From Cloacimonetes bacterium SCGC AAA252-N17 (GTDB taxonomy: Bacteria; Cloacimonadota; Cloacimonadia; JGIOTU-2): 64,000 nucleotides of DNA. Shown piece by piece: positions 47,629 through 57,207 of this stretch. The stretch lies in contig ASNI01000005.1 of the NCBI GenBank assembly GCA_000404785.1, forward strand, positions 9,914 through 73,913, given 5' to 3'. Each line of letters starts with the position of its first letter. Position 1 is the stretch's first letter. Under the pieces are notes generated by a model that saw only the letters and a list, made by a program, of their open reading frames with translations, was not told where the DNA came from and did not search any database. Made by a program: the position numbers and the translations under genes.

Positions 47629-47652
47629 ATAAATTACAAATTTAGGACTTAT

Positions 47653-48760
47653 ATGGATATAAATGTATTCGCAAAAGATGTAGAAGATCTGAAAGAAAAA
47701 ATACTCGAATTGCGGAGGTATCTTTGACGTAGAGACCAAAAGCGCAAAGATATCTCAGTTCGAAAAGGAGATGAGCAACACTGGTTTCTGGGATGATCAG
47801 GAGCGTGCCCGAAAAATATCCGAAGACCTGAGCAGTCTCAAAGAAGATATTAATACTGCAGAAAATATCACACAATCTCAGGAAGAACTTGAAGCTTTTC
47901 TCGCCATTCTGCAGGAAGAAAAAGATAATGAACTGGAAGCGGAAGCCGAAAAAAAATTAGCACAAACCAAAAAGTATCTTGATAAATTAGAAACACAACT
48001 GACCCTAAGTGACCCATACGACAAAAAGAATGCAATTCTTGAGATTCATCCCGGAGCCGGTGGAACAGAATCCCATGACTGGGCAGAGATGCTTCTTCGT
48101 ATGTATGTTCGCTGGGCAGAAAACCAGGATTTTCAAGTTGAGCTTATGGACAAGCAGCCCGGTGACGTGGCAGGAATCAGTTCTGCAACGCTGGAAATAA
48201 AAGGCAAATATGCCTATGGTTATCTTAAATCGGAGATCGGTATTCATCGGCTCGTCCGCATCTCTCCCTTCGATGCAAATAAACGCAGGCACACTTCTTT
48301 TGCCTCTGTGTTTGTGTATCCGGAAGCTGACGATACGATAGAAGTTGAGATAAATGAAAATGATCTAAGAATTGACACATTTCGCGCAAGCGGAGCAGGT
48401 GGACAACATGTAAATAAAGTTAGCAGCGCAGTTCGCATTACACATATTCCCACAGGTATTGTAGCACAATGTCAATCCGAGCGCTCCCAGCTGCATAATA
48501 AGGACAATGCGATGAAAGTCTTAAAATCCCGCCTTTATCAAATGTATAAAGAAGAACAGGATAAAAAACGGCAAAAAATCGAAAACGAGAAAAAAAGTAT
48601 CGAATGGGGCAATCAAATCCGTTCCTACGTTTTTCAGCCCTACTCAATGGTCAAAGACCACCGCACTGATGAGCAAACAGGAAATGTTCAAGCGGTCATG
48701 GACGGAAATATTGACCAATTCATCGATGCCTTTCTAAAAAATAGATCATTGAAGAAATAG
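47653..48760 (+). CDS. prfB: Peptide chain release factor 2, requires programmed +1 frameshift: join(47653..47724,47726..48760)
   Basis: Frame 0 is ATG 47653 MDINVFAKDVEDLKEKILELRRYL, then TGA at 47725. The +1 frame continues DVETKSAKISQFEKEMSNTGFWDDQ... into the 329-aa track ORF, which contains SPFD...RRHTSFA and the GGQ motif (SGAGGQHVNK). Confidence 0.9.
47714..47728 (+). other. prfB +1 frameshift site
   Basis: GGAGG-tat-CTT-TGA-C is an internal SD-like element 3 nt upstream of the slippery CUU UGA C, the same architecture as E. coli prfB. Confidence 0.9.
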
Positions 48761-48768
48761 AGGTTCTC

Positions 48769-50271
48769 ATGGATAATGAAAATCAACTTATACATGCGAG
48801 AAAAGAAAAACTTGGGCGTCTGCTCGAAATGGGAACAAATCCATTTCCTACAAAAGCAGAACGTTCACACCAAATAAAAGATATTCTCGATGATCCCGGA
48901 GCATTTATTGATAATAAAATTTCATTAGATGTTGTCGGCAGAATTCGTTCTCTCAGAAAAATGGGAAAGGCAAGCTTTTGTCATATCGAAGATGAAACTG
49001 GCAAGATCCAGATTTACATCAAACGCGATGATATCGGGCAGGAGAAATACAAAATTTTCAAACAATGTGACCTTGGAGACTTCGTGCACGTAAAGGGCTT
49101 TGTTTTCTATACTCAAACCAACGAGCTCTCCATTCATGCAGAGGAGTTCACCTTCCTTGCAAAAGCGATCCGCCCTCTTCCCGTAGTGAAAGAAAAGATA
49201 GAGGATGGCAAAAAAGTCGTGTATGATCAATTCGCCGACAAAGAACTGCGCTATCGCAAACGCTATCTTGACCTTCTTCTCAATCCTGAAGTGAAAGAAA
49301 CCTTTAAAACGCGCAGTAAGATCATCAAAATGATGAGAGAATTCCTCGATGCAAGAGGTTATATCGAAGTAGAAACCCCAATTCTTCAGCCGCTTTACGG
49401 CGGTGCAGCAGCACAACCCTTTGTTACGAAACACAACAAACTCGACATGGAACTGTATCTCCGAATCGCAGATGAGCTTTATCTAAAACGGCTGATAATC
49501 GGCGGTTTTGAAAAGGTGTATGAGGTGTGCAAGGACTTTCGTAATGAAGGTATGGATAGAACGCATAATCCCGAATTCACCCAGATAGAATTATACGAAG
49601 CATATGCAGATTATAATGATATTATGACCCTTGTCGAAGATATGCTCACAGGCATTGCGCATGAAGTATGCGGCACTCTGAAAATCAAATATGATGCGCA
49701 TACGATTAATCTGTCAAAACCATGGCAGAGGAGACCTATGCTTGATCTCATCAAAGAATATGCGGGAATCGATGTTGAGAATTCAAATATGGATGAACTT
49801 CTTGCTTTTTGTAAAGAGCATGAGATCGAACTCGATGTGAAGAGTTTTGGAAAAATTATTGATGAGATATTTAAGCGCTTTGTAGAAGACAATCTCATCC
49901 AACCTACTTTTGTGATAGATTACCCCAAAGAGATATCACCACTTGCAAAATCCAAGCCCGAAAATCTTCAACTTGTTGAGCGCTTCGAGATATTTATCGG
50001 TGGGCTGGAACTCGGGAACTGTTTTAGTGAATTGAACGATCCGATCGATCAAAGAGAACGGCTTGAAAGCCAGGCAAAGCAGCGAAAGTTGGGAGATGTC
50101 GAGGCAAATGAAGTCGATGAGGATTTCCTCGAAGCAATGGAATACGGCATGCCCCCAACAGGCGGACTCGGTCTCGGTATCGACAGGATCGTGATGCTTT
50201 TCACAAATTCTCATAATATAAAAGATGTAATTTTATTCCCGCAAATGCGACCGGATAGTCACAACGAATAA
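48769..50271 (+). CDS. lysS: Lysyl-tRNA synthetase, class II
   Basis: OB-fold N-domain, then RYRKRYLDLL, FLDARGYIEVETPILQ, YLRIADELYLKRL, FRNEGMDRTHNPEFT.IE.Y, GMPPTGGLGLGIDRIVML. Confidence 0.9.
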   Translation: MDNENQLIHARKEKLGRLLEMGTNPFPTKAERSHQIKDILDDPGAFIDNKISLDVVGRIRSLRKMGKASFCHIEDETGKIQIYIKRDDIGQEKYKIFKQCDLGDFVHVKGFVFYTQTNELSIHAEEFTFLAKAIRPLPVVKEKIEDGKKVVYDQFADKELRYRKRYLDLLLNPEVKETFKTRSKIIKMMREFLDARGYIEVETPILQPLYGGAAAQPFVTKHNKLDMELYLRIADELYLKRLIIGGFEKVYEVCKDFRNEGMDRTHNPEFTQIELYEAYADYNDIMTLVEDMLTGIAHEVCGTLKIKYDAHTINLSKPWQRRPMLDLIKEYAGIDVENSNMDELLAFCKEHEIELDVKSFGKIIDEIFKRFVEDNLIQPTFVIDYPKEISPLAKSKPENLQLVERFEIFIGGLELGNCFSELNDPIDQRERLESQAKQRKLGDVEANEVDEDFLEAMEYGMPPTGGLGLGIDRIVMLFTNSHNIKDVILFPQMRPDSHNE

Positions 50272-50273
50272 TA

Positions 50274-51572
50274 ATGAAAACTAAACATACTATAATTTTC
50301 GGTGACTCAAGAAATATGGCTGAGGTACGAGACTCTTCAGTTCAGTTGATAATAACCTCACCACCATATTGGCAATTGAAAGATTACGGTTCTGAAAATC
50401 AAATTGGTTTCAATGACTCATACGAAGATTATATTAATAATTTAAATGTTGTGTGGAAGGAATGTTATCGCGTTTTGGAAGACGGATGTAAGTTGTGCAT
50501 CAATATAGGTGATCAATTTGCTCGTTCTGTTTACTATGGTAGATATAAGGTCATTCCGATCAGAACAGAGATCATAAAATTTTGTGAAACGATCGGTTTT
50601 GACTATATGGGAGCGATCATATGGCAAAAAGTAACAACCACACACACAACCGGCGGCGCCACGGTGATGGGCTCATATCCTTATCCAAGGAATGGCATCT
50701 TGAAAATTGACTATGAATTCATTCTGATCTTTAAAAAGCATGGAAAAGCGATTAAGATATCTCGCGAAATTAAAGATAAATCTAAATTAACATCCGAAGA
50801 GTGGAATACTTATTTTTCAGGACATTGGAATTTCCCAGGGGAAAAACAGAATGGTCATCTTGCCATGTTTCCTGAAGAACTACCAAAACGATTGATTAAA
50901 ATGTTCTCCTTTGTGGGTGAAACTATTCTTGACCCGTTTTTAGGGAGCGGAACTACTACCCTTGCAGCAAAAAATAATGATAGAAATTCAATAGGTTTTG
51001 AAATCAACAATCAATTTCAATCTATTATCAAAAATAAATTTGATTTTGAACAACCGATATTATATAGTGATTGTGAAATTACTTTTAAGTACCAATCAGA
51101 AATTTTCACTCAAGAACAGATAAATAATAGCATCTCAAAACTACCTTATATTTTTAAAGATCCCCTAAAATTTGACAGTAAAATTGATCCAAGAAAACTC
51201 CAATTCGGTTCAAAAATTGATAATAATTCTAATAACTCAAAAAATGAATATCATTCAGTGAAAAAAATTATTTCACCGGAACTTGTGATTCTGGATAATG
51301 ATCTTACAGTTAGACTCATAGGGATCAAAACCAATCCTGAGAAACAAAAGGAAGCAGTTGATTTCCTGAAGACTATGCTAAACGGATCAAAGGTCTTATT
51401 AAAATTTGATAAGAAAAAATATGATTCGGAAAATAATCTTTTAGTCTATCTATATTTAAAGAATAAGACATTTGTTAATGCCCATTTAATAAAACAAAAT
51501 TTAGTTAATGTCGATGCGTCTTATAATTATGAGCATATTAATCGTTTTAATAAGTACAAAGGAGAGTTCTAA
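50274..51572 (+). CDS. Beta-class N4/N6 DNA methyltransferase (SPPY type) fused to a C-terminal degenerate SNase-like domain
   Basis: Motif IV QLIITSPPYW precedes motif I ILDPFLGSGTTTLAA (beta permutation), followed by GFEIN. The C-terminal ~105 aa (nt ~51255..51572) is LTVRLIGIKTNPEKQKEAVDFLKTMLNGSKVLLKFDKKKYDSENNLLVYLYLKNKTFVNAHLIKQNLVNV. It aligns by eye to staphylococcal nuclease (FRLLLVDTPE...[54 protein letters not shown]). Confidence 0.8.
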   Translation: MKTKHTIIFGDSRNMAEVRDSSVQLIITSPPYWQLKDYGSENQIGFNDSYEDYINNLNVVWKECYRVLEDGCKLCINIGDQFARSVYYGRYKVIPIRTEIIKFCETIGFDYMGAIIWQKVTTTHTTGGATVMGSYPYPRNGILKIDYEFILIFKKHGKAIKISREIKDKSKLTSEEWNTYFSGHWNFPGEKQNGHLAMFPEELPKRLIKMFSFVGETILDPFLGSGTTTLAAKNNDRNSIGFEINNQFQSIIKNKFDFEQPILYSDCEITFKYQSEIFTQEQINNSISKLPYIFKDPLKFDSKIDPRKLQFGSKIDNNSNNSKNEYHSVKKIISPELVILDNDLTVRLIGIKTNPEKQKEAVDFLKTMLNGSKVLLKFDKKKYDSENNLLVYLYLKNKTFVNAHLIKQNLVNVDASYNYEHINRFNKYKGEF

Positions 51573-52207
51573 TGGCAAAGGAATGGATATTAAATAGCGC
51601 AATGAATCGCTTTCAACTTAATTTTAAACGTAATGTTGGCGCCACTTCTGAAAGCATAAGGAAATGTGCTCCAAAAACAGTTGATGAATGGCGTACTTAC
51701 TATTTTTCTACTGTAAAGCCAAAGGAGCACATAGAGGAACTTGGAAGAAAATTATATATTAAAATCACTGAGGTCATCCAAGCTGAGGTTGAGGAAATCA
51801 CCGAAACCGATTGCATTGATTACATGATCAATATGGTCATCGATCGCACATTCGATGGCTATCAAAGAGAAATACGGACTATTTACGGACAGCTTTCTCA
51901 AATATTGAATGTTAAGATCGAACCTGCACCAGATGAATGGGACCGGTTGTATAATGTAGATTTTTTCATTAAAATTAAGGACAAATATATTGGACTTCAA
52001 ATCAAACCTGTAAGTGAAGGAATCCAATTATCCCAAATTTTTAAAGAAAAAGAACTTCAAAGAAAAACACATGAAAAATTCACTAATAATTTTGGCGGTA
52101 AGGTTTTCTATATTTACTCAGGAAAAGAGGTATCCAAAAAAATAATAAAGAATCCTGAAGTAATTTCTGAAATCGAAAATGAAATTAGTAGATTAAAAAA
52201 TATATAA
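51572..52207 (+). CDS. Putative type II restriction endonuclease (PD-(D/E)xK-like)
   Basis: Coupled to the MTase by a TAATG overlap. The candidate catalytic block is YNVDFFIKIKDKYIGLQIKP (D...Q-x-K). My recollection is that this resembles the MjaI-type (CTAG) endonuclease family, but that is unverified. Confidence 0.5.
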   Translation: MAKEWILNSAMNRFQLNFKRNVGATSESIRKCAPKTVDEWRTYYFSTVKPKEHIEELGRKLYIKITEVIQAEVEEITETDCIDYMINMVIDRTFDGYQREIRTIYGQLSQILNVKIEPAPDEWDRLYNVDFFIKIKDKYIGLQIKPVSEGIQLSQIFKEKELQRKTHEKFTNNFGGKVFYIYSGKEVSKKIIKNPEVISEIENEISRLKNI

Positions 52208-52215
52208 GGATTGTT

Positions 52216-54270
52216 ATGACTATTAAAAATCTCTATGCAGAAGAGAATCAAAACTTGCAGGAAAAGTACGAGAAATCGATAGAATCTATCAAAAATATAG
52301 TAAACAAAACTCAAAATCTCGAAGCTTATCCTGACAAAAAAGAGTTCATTGAATTTTTCTATGATCTTGGTGTGTTCATCTTGAAAATGTATGAATTTGA
52401 AAGGCATGATCAATCCGAACACTTCTCTTCACGCTCAACCCTGGAACTGATGGAGGAAAACACATCATTTTTTGCTGATGTGCTTCCCGAAAATTATGAC
52501 ACAAGCTGGGCTAATCCAACCTATGCAGTTCAAAAACTCAGTGACAATTTCGGGCAGCTTTTCTCATTCTTCTTTACTCAAACAAGAAAATTTATCCATT
52601 ACGCATTCCTTCATAAGCGTTTTGCGATGGCAGAATGGAATGAATTGTATATCGAAGCGTTTCATCTCATTGAAGATGTGTTACCCAACTATGAAGAACT
52701 AAGAAATGTCATGACTAAGCTTGATACTCAATACAGAATGAAAGATCAACAGATCCGCCTGATGGAAACCTATGATCCGGACTTTGAATACTATATCAAC
52801 ATCATTAAAGAAGAAAATCTTTCTGATGAAAGGTATCTTTTCAGGCTTGGCTGCTACATCAACGATAATGTTATTCGTGTCGCACGGCATCTTCAAACAT
52901 TGTCCGCGGAAAAAGTGAAAGAGCTTGCCTTGTTCATGGCTGATGCGTACGAGCTTGGTTTTACGAATTCTAATAAAGACATGTCCAAGAAATCTACGGT
53001 GATGCTGATATATCCTGCCGGATTCGAAAGAATTATCAAATATCTGTTAGACGCCCTTCAGGCCAAAGGATTGAAAGTAATCGCGAGAAGAGTGACCGGA
53101 GCTACCACCAACAAACAATATCACTACGATCACAGGTTTGATGGCGCACTTTTCCTCGACGAAGGAATTGTCCAAAAAATAAAAGAAAATCTTCCTAAAG
53201 CTCACAAGCTCTGCAAAAAATATACAGACAAATATTCGGGCTTGATATATTTTGAAACTTTCGGGGAAGAACCCTTCAGCCCAAAAGCAAAAAAAGAATG
53301 TCTTAAACTCAACAAAGATCAACAAAAATTGGTGCAGCAGATACAGCAGATTGCGAGTCAAATCACCTACACATACACCCCCCGTGAGGAAACAAGCTTC
53401 AGTATTATTTCATTCCCCACTCCTGACATTGGTGAGAAGTTTGAAGAGATATTTGATGCCACCTATGAGATCAACATGCTGAAGAATGAAGTATATGAGC
53501 CGATCCAGCAGAAGATCATCGATGCACTCGATATTGCGGAGTACGCTCACATAAAGGGTAAAGGAAGCAACCAAACTGACTTGAAAGTGCGACTTCCAGA
53601 AATAACCGACCCGAAGAAGCAAACCAACTTTGTGAACTGCACTGCTGATGTGAATATTCCCCTTGGTGAAGTATTTACTACCCCTCAACTCACAGGTACA
53701 AATGGCATCCTGCATATTGAGGACACCTATTTAGGCGGACTGAAATATAAAGATCTTAAGCTCACATTCAAGGATGGTTTTGTAGAAGATTATTCCTGTT
53801 TGAATTTCGAGAATCTTGAAGAGAACAGGAAATATATTGAAGAGAATATTTTATTTCCTCATAAAACACTTCCTATGGGTGAATTTGCTATCGGTACCAA
53901 TACATTGGCTTATATCGTTGCACAAAAATTTAATATCCTTCGCCTGCTTCCAGTCCTCATTATTGAAAAAATGGGTCCTCATTTTGCAGTTGGTGATACA
54001 TGCTTTACCTTTGAGGAGGATAAACAAGTGTACAATCCCGACGGCAAAGAGATCATTGCACGTGATAATGAAAAAACAATTCTAAGAAAAAAAGATATGA
54101 GCAAAGCTTATACATTCACTCATATTGACATTACACTTCCCTATGAAGCTATTGGACATATTACAGCCGTAAGTAAAAATGGGACAAAAATTGACATCAT
54201 CAGATACGAAAGATTTGTTTTGAAAGGTACGGAAAAATTAAACGTACCTTTAGATGAATACTATACATAA
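52216..54270 (+). CDS. M29 (AmpS/PepS)-like aminopeptidase with a long N-terminal extension
   Basis: The C-terminal ~400 aa contain NIPLGEVFTTP, MGEFAIGTN, EKMGPHFAVGD and THIDITLP, which resemble aminopeptidase T/S metal-binding blocks. The N-terminal ~270 aa are unassigned. Confidence 0.45.
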   Translation: MTIKNLYAEENQNLQEKYEKSIESIKNIVNKTQNLEAYPDKKEFIEFFYDLGVFILKMYEFERHDQSEHFSSRSTLELMEENTSFFADVLPENYDTSWANPTYAVQKLSDNFGQLFSFFFTQTRKFIHYAFLHKRFAMAEWNELYIEAFHLIEDVLPNYEELRNVMTKLDTQYRMKDQQIRLMETYDPDFEYYINIIKEENLSDERYLFRLGCYINDNVIRVARHLQTLSAEKVKELALFMADAYELGFTNSNKDMSKKSTVMLIYPAGFERIIKYLLDALQAKGLKVIARRVTGATTNKQYHYDHRFDGALFLDEGIVQKIKENLPKAHKLCKKYTDKYSGLIYFETFGEEPFSPKAKKECLKLNKDQQKLVQQIQQIASQITYTYTPREETSFSIISFPTPDIGEKFEEIFDATYEINMLKNEVYEPIQQKIIDALDIAEYAHIKGKGSNQTDLKVRLPEITDPKKQTNFVNCTADVNIPLGEVFTTPQLTGTNGILHIEDTYLGGLKYKDLKLTFKDGFVEDYSCLNFENLEENRKYIEENILFPHKTLPMGEFAIGTNTLAYIVAQKFNILRLLPVLIIEKMGPHFAVGDTCFTFEEDKQVYNPDGKEIIARDNEKTILRKKDMSKAYTFTHIDITLPYEAIGHITAVSKNGTKIDIIRYERFVLKGTEKLNVPLDEYYT

Positions 54271-54278
54271 GGAGATTA

Positions 54279-55187
54279 ATGAAAATATACAGAATTGCAC
54301 TCGTCACTTTTTTGGTTACACTTCTGCTGATAGGATGCAGCCAGAATGCTCCACTTGGATCAAAGAAAAATCCGATAAAGATGTACTTTGTTCCTTCTAT
54401 GGAAGCAGGAAAGATCGTTACCGGCGGTCGGGAGATCGCTGATTATCTCCAAGAAAAAACAGGTTATTTTTTCAAAGTTGCAGTGCCAACAAGCTATGCT
54501 TCGGTCATTGAAGCGATCGGTACTGACGAGACTGATATTGCATGGCTTGCTACTTTTGCTTACATACTTGCAAATGAAAAGTTCGGTGCAGAAGTCGAGC
54601 TCACAACAGTACGTAACGGTTTGGAAAAATACAAGGGACAATTTGTTGCCCTGGCAGGAAGCGGTATAGAAGATATCAATGATATTGAAGGCAAGGTGAT
54701 CGCATTTACCGATGCAGCCTCTACTTCTGGATATATCTATCCTTCTGCATTGCTCGCAAAAAAGGGTATTAAACCTGCAAGATCACTCTTTGCCGGTGGT
54801 CATCCACAAGCGATTCTTTCAGTCTATCAGGGCACTGCCGATGTTGGCTGTACTTTCTGGTCTCCCGTTGATGAAAATGGCGACATTCATGATGCGCGCA
54901 GAGCGGTTATAGAAACTTACCCGGATATTGTTGATAAGATAAAAATAATTGGATATACGGAATGGATACCAAATGATACTGTAACGTTCCGAAAAGGATT
55001 TCCTGAAGATATGAGAATTAAAATTGTGGATTCACTTGTAGAATTTGCAAACACAGAGGAAGGTCACCAGATATTGCTTGATCTTCTTGATATTGATAAC
55101 TTTGTCCGTGCCGATGACTCAGATTATGATGTCGTAAGAGAAACGCTTCAGACGCTGGGCTCAAATGCATCCCAATTCATAAAATGA
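54279..55187 (+). CDS. phnD: Phosphonate/phosphite ABC transporter substrate-binding lipoprotein
   Basis: Lipobox LLLIGCS. IKMYFVPS...YASVIEAIGTDETDIAWL..FAYILA...TSGYIYP fits the PhnD family. Confidence 0.8.
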   Translation: MKIYRIALVTFLVTLLLIGCSQNAPLGSKKNPIKMYFVPSMEAGKIVTGGREIADYLQEKTGYFFKVAVPTSYASVIEAIGTDETDIAWLATFAYILANEKFGAEVELTTVRNGLEKYKGQFVALAGSGIEDINDIEGKVIAFTDAASTSGYIYPSALLAKKGIKPARSLFAGGHPQAILSVYQGTADVGCTFWSPVDENGDIHDARRAVIETYPDIVDKIKIIGYTEWIPNDTVTFRKGFPEDMRIKIVDSLVEFANTEEGHQILLDLLDIDNFVRADDSDYDVVRETLQTLGSNASQFIK

Positions 55188-55951
55188 AAAATATAATAAA
55201 ACTGACCGACTTGCATAAGACCTACGAGGGAGGTACACACGCACTCAAAGGTGTCAACCTCGAAGTTAAAGAGGGGGAATTTCTTATTCTCCTCGGCTTA
55301 TCCGGATCCGGTAAATCAACGCTGCTAAGATGTATGAACCGGCTTATCGAACCCACTTCAGGAGAGATAGAGATCGATAACGAAAATGTCATTACGGCAA
55401 AAGGTAAACTGCTTCGGAAAATACGTCGCCACATTGGCATGATATTTCAGCAATTCAATCTTATCAAAAATCTGAGCGCGCTGACGAATGTTCTTTCCGG
55501 AAAGCTTGGTTATGTATCGCTATGGCATGCGATCACCTTTTCCATGCACAAAAATGATGTTGCCCTTGCAATGAGTAATCTGAAACGGGTTGGACTTGAC
55601 CAGTTTGCAAAGAACACAGCAAGAAATCTGAGCGGTGGCCAGCAGCAGCGTGTAGCAATTGCTAGAGCACTTATGCAGAATCCAAAAGTAATTTTTGCAG
55701 ACGAACCTGTCGCCAGTCTTGATCCGGCTACTGCTGATTCTGTAATGAGATATCTTGGAGAACTTAATACAAATGACAACATCACTATTCTTTGTTCACT
55801 GCACTTTCTGAGTCTTGCCAGGAAATACGGCACTCGTGTTGTCGCCCTGAAAGATGGTAATATTGTTTTTGATGGTACTCCAAAAGAAATTGATGAGAAA
55901 AAATTTAAAGATATTTATGGAGAAGATGCAGAGGAGGTTGAGATAAGATGA
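55184..55951 (+). CDS. phnC: Phosphonate ABC transporter ATP-binding protein
   Basis: Walker [14 protein letters not shown], signature [15 protein letters not shown], Walker [16 protein letters not shown] overlaps with both neighbours. Confidence 0.85.
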   Translation: MKNIIKLTDLHKTYEGGTHALKGVNLEVKEGEFLILLGLSGSGKSTLLRCMNRLIEPTSGEIEIDNENVITAKGKLLRKIRRHIGMIFQQFNLIKNLSALTNVLSGKLGYVSLWHAITFSMHKNDVALAMSNLKRVGLDQFAKNTARNLSGGQQQRVAIARALMQNPKVIFADEPVASLDPATADSVMRYLGELNTNDNITILCSLHFLSLARKYGTRVVALKDGNIVFDGTPKEIDEKKFKDIYGEDAEEVEIR

Positions 55952-57159
55952 AGAAGAAATGTAAAACAATAGCCGTTATTCAATCACTCGCAACCGACCT
56001 TCTTTTCTGGATATATATATTTGGTTGTATGTACTATCTTATGCATAAGTGGTCAGGTTTTACTGCCAAATTATTCTATGTCGGAATAGCTGCTATCGTT
56101 GCCACGATCATTTTTCAACTCATTCGAGGATCAATTGGCGTAAAATTATTTTTATCTTCCGGAAAGCCGAAAAGAAGTGTGCTCAAATCTGTGTGGGGCT
56201 ATCTTACCCTTCTATCACTGGTCGTCACTTTTGTGGTAGGCGTGAATATTGTACATGTGGACTTCTATAAGTTTTTCACCAAGTTTCAAAATGCAGGCGG
56301 CATTGCATCAGGTATTTTTAATCCCAGTGTTACGGAATACTCTCTGTCTGCTGCATCTATTGATGAACTGGAAAAGGAGAACCTTCCTCCTGATGTTCTC
56401 AAGACACTTGAAGGTATTCAGAACAGAAAATATTCAACAAAGAAAGTGTTTCTTAAAGATCTTCAAAAAAGACTTGGAGAATCAACCTTACAGGAATACA
56501 AATCAAATATATTACAGAGTGCGAAAAAGAGTAACGAACTTCTTAATATCGCGCTCTCTGCACTTGCCGAGACTATTTTCCTTGCCTTGCTGGCAACGAT
56601 CTTTGCCATCCCCTTTGCTTTTGTGCTCAGCTTTTTTGCGGCGCGGAATCTCATGCCCCGCACATGGCTCGGGAATATTGTGTATATACTTATTCGGACT
56701 GTTGCAACCATCTTCCGCTCGATCGAAGCAATTGTCTGGGCGATCATTTTCAGTGTGTGGGTGGGCATCGGTCCTTTTGCCGGTATGCTTGCACTTATGA
56801 TACACTCCATTGCAGCACTCACGAAACTCTACTCCGAACAGATCGAAAATATTGATACCGGTCCTGTGGAAGCGATCAAGGCAACCGGTGCGAGCACTCT
56901 TCAAACCTGGATTTACGCGGTGATACCGCAGATAGTCTCACCATTTCTGGCGTTCACGATATACCGTTGGGACATAAATGTGCGTATGGCAACGATCGTT
57001 GGTTTTGTGGGCGGCGGCGGTATCGGTCTGCTCCTTCTTCAACAGCAGCAGCTCCTTCGCTGGCATAATGTTGGTTTGCTGATATGGCTTATTGCATTTG
57101 TGGTCTGGGTTATGGATATGACCAGTGCACGGGTGCGTGAAAAGCTTATCGGGATGTAA
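55948..57159 (+). CDS. phnE: Phosphonate ABC transporter permease with an extended N-terminus
   Basis: The C-terminal ~260 aa are PhnE-like (ETIFLALLATIFAIPFAFVLSFFAARNL...RSIEAIVWAIIF...GPFAGMLAL.IHS...L.KLYSEQIENID.GPVEAIKATGAS). The first ~140 aa add TM helices and a soluble insert. Confidence 0.8.
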   Translation: MKKKCKTIAVIQSLATDLLFWIYIFGCMYYLMHKWSGFTAKLFYVGIAAIVATIIFQLIRGSIGVKLFLSSGKPKRSVLKSVWGYLTLLSLVVTFVVGVNIVHVDFYKFFTKFQNAGGIASGIFNPSVTEYSLSAASIDELEKENLPPDVLKTLEGIQNRKYSTKKVFLKDLQKRLGESTLQEYKSNILQSAKKSNELLNIALSALAETIFLALLATIFAIPFAFVLSFFAARNLMPRTWLGNIVYILIRTVATIFRSIEAIVWAIIFSVWVGIGPFAGMLALMIHSIAALTKLYSEQIENIDTGPVEAIKATGASTLQTWIYAVIPQIVSPFLAFTIYRWDINVRMATIVGFVGGGGIGLLLLQQQQLLRWHNVGLLIWLIAFVVWVMDMTSARVREKLIGM

Positions 57160-57207
57160 CTCGTCGAGTTATTTAATGTAAAATCAAAATAAAAATTTGG
57201 AGGAAAC

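Noticed and set aside
47642-47875. 77-aa minus-strand ORF over the start of prfB
   Set aside because: The region is explained by the prfB frame-0 leader plus the +1 frameshift. The antisense ORF is an artefact.
48925-49434. 169-aa minus-strand ORF
   Set aside because: It is antisense to lysS.
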